In this document: one piece after another, positions 61,134 to 64,000 of the stretch | How the letters are laid out: each line of letters opens with the position of its first letter | Position numbering within the stretch: the first letter of the stretch is position 1 | Assembly (NCBI GenBank): GCA_045047115.1 | Contig: JASFYR010000012.1 | Span: 27,337-91,336, forward strand | DNA from: Sulfurospirillum sp. | GTDB taxonomy: Bacteria; Campylobacterota; Campylobacteria; Campylobacterales; Sulfurospirillaceae | DNA: 64,000 bases | Reading direction: 5' to 3' | The notes under the pieces: model-generated | The model's database searches: none | What the model was told of the DNA's origin: nothing | What the model saw: only the letters and a program-made list of their open reading frames with translations | Position numbers and translations under genes: made by a program

Positions 61134-61802
61134 TTGGATTTTAACAGTGCCATAGAGAAGATAAGAGTTCATATGCAGCAATCTCATAATAGAAAGATTT
61201 TTGACAGTGATATAGCAAAGGAACTCGGTATCACAAAAGAGCATTTTTCAAGGTCAAAAAAGAGCGGAAATCCTCCTTTGAAGCCGATTATAGAGTTTTG
61301 CGCCAAAGAGAATATAGTCATAAACTACATACTGTTTGACCAGTCTCCCGAATCTTTGATGCAACCAACCGATAGGCTTATCACAGTAAAATATTTTAAA
61401 CAGATAAATACATCTGCCGGATGGGGAGCTATAAATGATGATGAAGGCTACGAGAGTATAATGGTGGACGAAGAGTTGGCAAGAGTACTTGGAAGCAGGC
61501 AAAAACTCAAAAATATAGAGGCGATAAATGTCATAGGCGACTCGATGGAGCCGGTTATAAAAGATGGCTCTATTCTCTTTATAGATAGAAGCCAAACGGT
61601 GCCTCTAAAAGATAAAAAAGATATATATGTCCTGCAAACTCCTGGAGGAATGTTAGTCAAAAGATTAGATATAACCGCAGACGGAAAGCTAAAACTTATA
61701 TCCCAAAATCCTGAGTATGATATAGAAACCATAGGTTTTGAAGATGTGATGATAGTGGGAAAAGTCTTGGGAATCACTCAGAGATTAACAAATCTATTGT
61801 AA
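61134..61802 (+). CDS. CI/LexA-like repressor (HTH plus S24 peptidase)
   Basis: N-terminal HTH (DSDIAKELGI); TSAG cleavage site, GDSMEP serine, VKRL lysine; GGAGGA RBS before TTG 61134. Confidence 0.9.
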   Translation: MDFNSAIEKIRVHMQQSHNRKIFDSDIAKELGITKEHFSRSKKSGNPPLKPIIEFCAKENIVINYILFDQSPESLMQPTDRLITVKYFKQINTSAGWGAINDDEGYESIMVDEELARVLGSRQKLKNIEAINVIGDSMEPVIKDGSILFIDRSQTVPLKDKKDIYVLQTPGGMLVKRLDITADGKLKLISQNPEYDIETIGFEDVMIVGKVLGITQRLTNLL

Positions 61803-61890
61803 AGAAAAAATGTTTATAGTATCATTGAGCTATACATGTGACTGCAAATGAAGAGTAAAATTTTAAACTTTTTGTGTTATACTCTGTCTT

Positions 61891-63177
61891 ATGAAAAACC
61901 AAACTATAAAACCGTATTATGATGTTGTTATCGTAGGCTCTGGTCCTGCTGGACTTGGGGCTGCTTTTAAATTGGCACAAAATTCAGCTTTATCTATATT
62001 AATGCTTGAAAAGAAAAAGATAAGCTCAGGCGGTCTTCGCAATGACTGCAAACAAAACTATACCTTTCCTGTTGGCTTTCCGCTTGAACACTGGAACAAA
62101 GAGGAGGCAGAGGAGTTGCTTGAAGAGGTAAAAACACATTTAAATCCAAGAATCCAGAAGAGATTTAATATAGAAAAATATACAAAAAGAGCTAAAAAAA
62201 TTGGTGTCGATATACTCTCTATAGATCAAGCACATGTGGGTACAGATAAATCATCAGAACTTATAGCTTCATTAATCCAAAAGTTAGAAGCTTTACATGT
62301 AGAGGTTGCTTTGCGCAGGGAAGTTAAGAAGGTGAAAGAAGAGGAAAGAGAGATAGTTTTGGCTGACGGCTCAATTGTATCGTTTGATAGCCTGATTTTA
62401 GCCGTGGGAAGGGCTGATTATGATTGGCTTCAAGAACAGATGGATGCATTGGGTGTGAAGTACAATGATAATATAGTCGATATCGGCATCAGAGTAGAGA
62501 CTAAGGAGGAACACTATCCGATTGTAAAAGACTATTATGATCCAAAGATACTCTTTCCAAACAAAGTCAGAACCTTTTGTACAAACTCAGGTTGTGCACA
62601 TATAGTAAGAGAGAAATATAAGGGCTACTATTCTGTAAATGGGCACTCACTTTCAAAAGAGAATAAGCCAAACGGTTTGGTAAATTTTGCACTTCTAAAA
62701 ACTATAAGATTGACCGAACCGGTTGTAAGTGGTCAACAGTTTGGAAAAATTTTGGGACAAATGGTGATGCAATTAAGTGGTGGTTCGGTGATAATGCAAA
62801 GAGTCGGTGATTTCAGGCTTGGTTCAAGAAGCAAAAAAGAGACATTTAACAGTGACTTATATAATTTTGAGCCTACTCTAAAAAGTGCAGTAGCAGCAGA
62901 TTTGTCCTTGAGTATGCCAGCAAAAATTCTAAGAGACATATGGAAATCTTTAAAGATGCTAGATACTATAATTCCCGGGGTCTTACATCCCTCAACTATA
63001 CTCTACTATCCTGAAATCAAAACCTACTCAAATAAACCAAAGTTTATAGATAAGCACTTTATGGTTAAAGACGGATACTATATCATAGGTGATGCGGCAG
63101 GTACAAGCAGAGGCATAACCGCTGCTTGGGCTTCAGGCATCAGAGCTGTTACCGGGATACTTGAGCAACGGAGCTAA
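61891..63177 (+). CDS. Uncharacterised FAD-dependent oxidoreductase
   Basis: VGSGPAGL, H.GTD, DIGIRVE, VRTFC.N, VNGHS, YYPEIK, GD.AG.SRG. Confidence 0.85.
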   Translation: MKNQTIKPYYDVVIVGSGPAGLGAAFKLAQNSALSILMLEKKKISSGGLRNDCKQNYTFPVGFPLEHWNKEEAEELLEEVKTHLNPRIQKRFNIEKYTKRAKKIGVDILSIDQAHVGTDKSSELIASLIQKLEALHVEVALRREVKKVKEEEREIVLADGSIVSFDSLILAVGRADYDWLQEQMDALGVKYNDNIVDIGIRVETKEEHYPIVKDYYDPKILFPNKVRTFCTNSGCAHIVREKYKGYYSVNGHSLSKENKPNGLVNFALLKTIRLTEPVVSGQQFGKILGQMVMQLSGGSVIMQRVGDFRLGSRSKKETFNSDLYNFEPTLKSAVAADLSLSMPAKILRDIWKSLKMLDTIIPGVLHPSTILYYPEIKTYSNKPKFIDKHFMVKDGYYIIGDAAGTSRGITAAWASGIRAVTGILEQRS

Positions 63178-63872
63178 TACCCCGATGCGTGTAACCTTTT
63201 GTATTTATCGCAGGCTTTTTTATATCCAAGATCGCAGGCTTTTTTATAATACTTACTAGCTAACACAAAGTTTTGTTTGTTCATATTTTCATATATGTAT
63301 CCTAGCTGCATACAACTTCTGAGGCTTTTCAAATCACAAGCTTTACCCAATGCACCAAAAGCTTTATCAGCCATCTTTGGAAACTTTTTTATGCCTCCGT
63401 TTTGCTGAATATAGTTCCAGTAAGAGCCACCTAGGTTGTTACAACCGGCCGAAGAACCATCTTCACAAGCTTTGTTTAAATACCCAACTCCGATACTTCG
63501 TCTTTTCATATGCTCTTTTTGATCTTTTGGGGTAGGAGTTTTACTCTTTTGAAAGTTATACCAAAGATTGCCTTCTTCTTCTATGATAGAATTTCCCAAA
63601 ACTATGCACCCTTTGTCATTTTTTGCATTACAGGCTTTTTTAAGCAGGGAGTAGCCTCTGGAAAGGTTCTTTTTTACTGACAAACCACGCACATATATGT
63701 ATCCCAAATTTACACAGGCATTATGCTCTCCGCTGTCGCAAGATTTTGATAGAAGTTTGACAGCTTTGTCTATATTGCCTTTTTGATACTCTATCATCGC
63801 TTTTTTTGTAGTATTTATATCGGCATATATGTTTACGCCTAAAAACAATAACACTCCTAAGATAATTTTCAT
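63174..63872 (-). CDS. Exported Cys-rich Sel1-repeat (Hcp-like) protein
   Basis: Signal peptide; repeated KAC......C..LG units. Confidence 0.88.
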   Translation of the reverse strand: MKIILGVLLFLGVNIYADINTTKKAMIEYQKGNIDKAVKLLSKSCDSGEHNACVNLGYIYVRGLSVKKNLSRGYSLLKKACNAKNDKGCIVLGNSIIEEEGNLWYNFQKSKTPTPKDQKEHMKRRSIGVGYLNKACEDGSSAGCNNLGGSYWNYIQQNGGIKKFPKMADKAFGALGKACDLKSLRSCMQLGYIYENMNKQNFVLASKYYKKACDLGYKKACDKYKRLHASGY

Positions 63873-64000
63873 AACAATCCTCTTTTTTACTCGTATTCTA
63901 ACATATTTGTAATAATGTTTTATAAATCTTGATCAATTTGTAGTGCTTCTTGAAAAAAATAGCTGATGATGGCGGGGAAAAGATGGAGAGTTCTATACGC

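Noticed and set aside
63970..64000. TGGCGGGGAAAAG resembling a minus-strand tRNA 3' end
   Set aside because: No T-loop (TTCRA) at the required distance; truncated by the window edge and cannot be resolved

Overview
AT-rich chromosomal window from a Campylobacterota (Epsilonproteobacteria) bacterium, probably Sulfurospirillum-like. Two parS-type palindromes and the gene content suggest it lies close to oriC. Core genes include queF, SRP RNA, perR/peroxiredoxin, five tRNAs, ilvD, pyrG, recJ, pcm, nrdAB, purB, rlmN, hisF, rsmA, rnj, kdsD, rarA and hemY. A ~20 kb accessory-looking block lies between two inward-facing tRNA-Ser genes. It holds an att-bounded MNT/HEPN toxin-antitoxin islet, modABC with a ModE-type box, an EAL phosphodiesterase, a cytochrome c/two-component module, an ODP-containing c-di-GMP operon and a dat/DUF4392/DUF1445 D-glutamate cluster. 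The ORF track misses three small genes: a 54-aa protein carrying the glycyl-radical loop of a split class III ribonucleotide reductase, a 31-aa membrane peptide in a structured transcript with 3'-anti-SD pairing (type I toxin or dual-function sRNA candidate), and a 31-aa membrane peptide after rlmN. A divergent pair of a self-cleaving S24 repressor and a Y-family polymerase, with an operator palindrome between them, is a candidate LexA-independent SOS-like module. All calls come from manual motif recognition; no searches were run.
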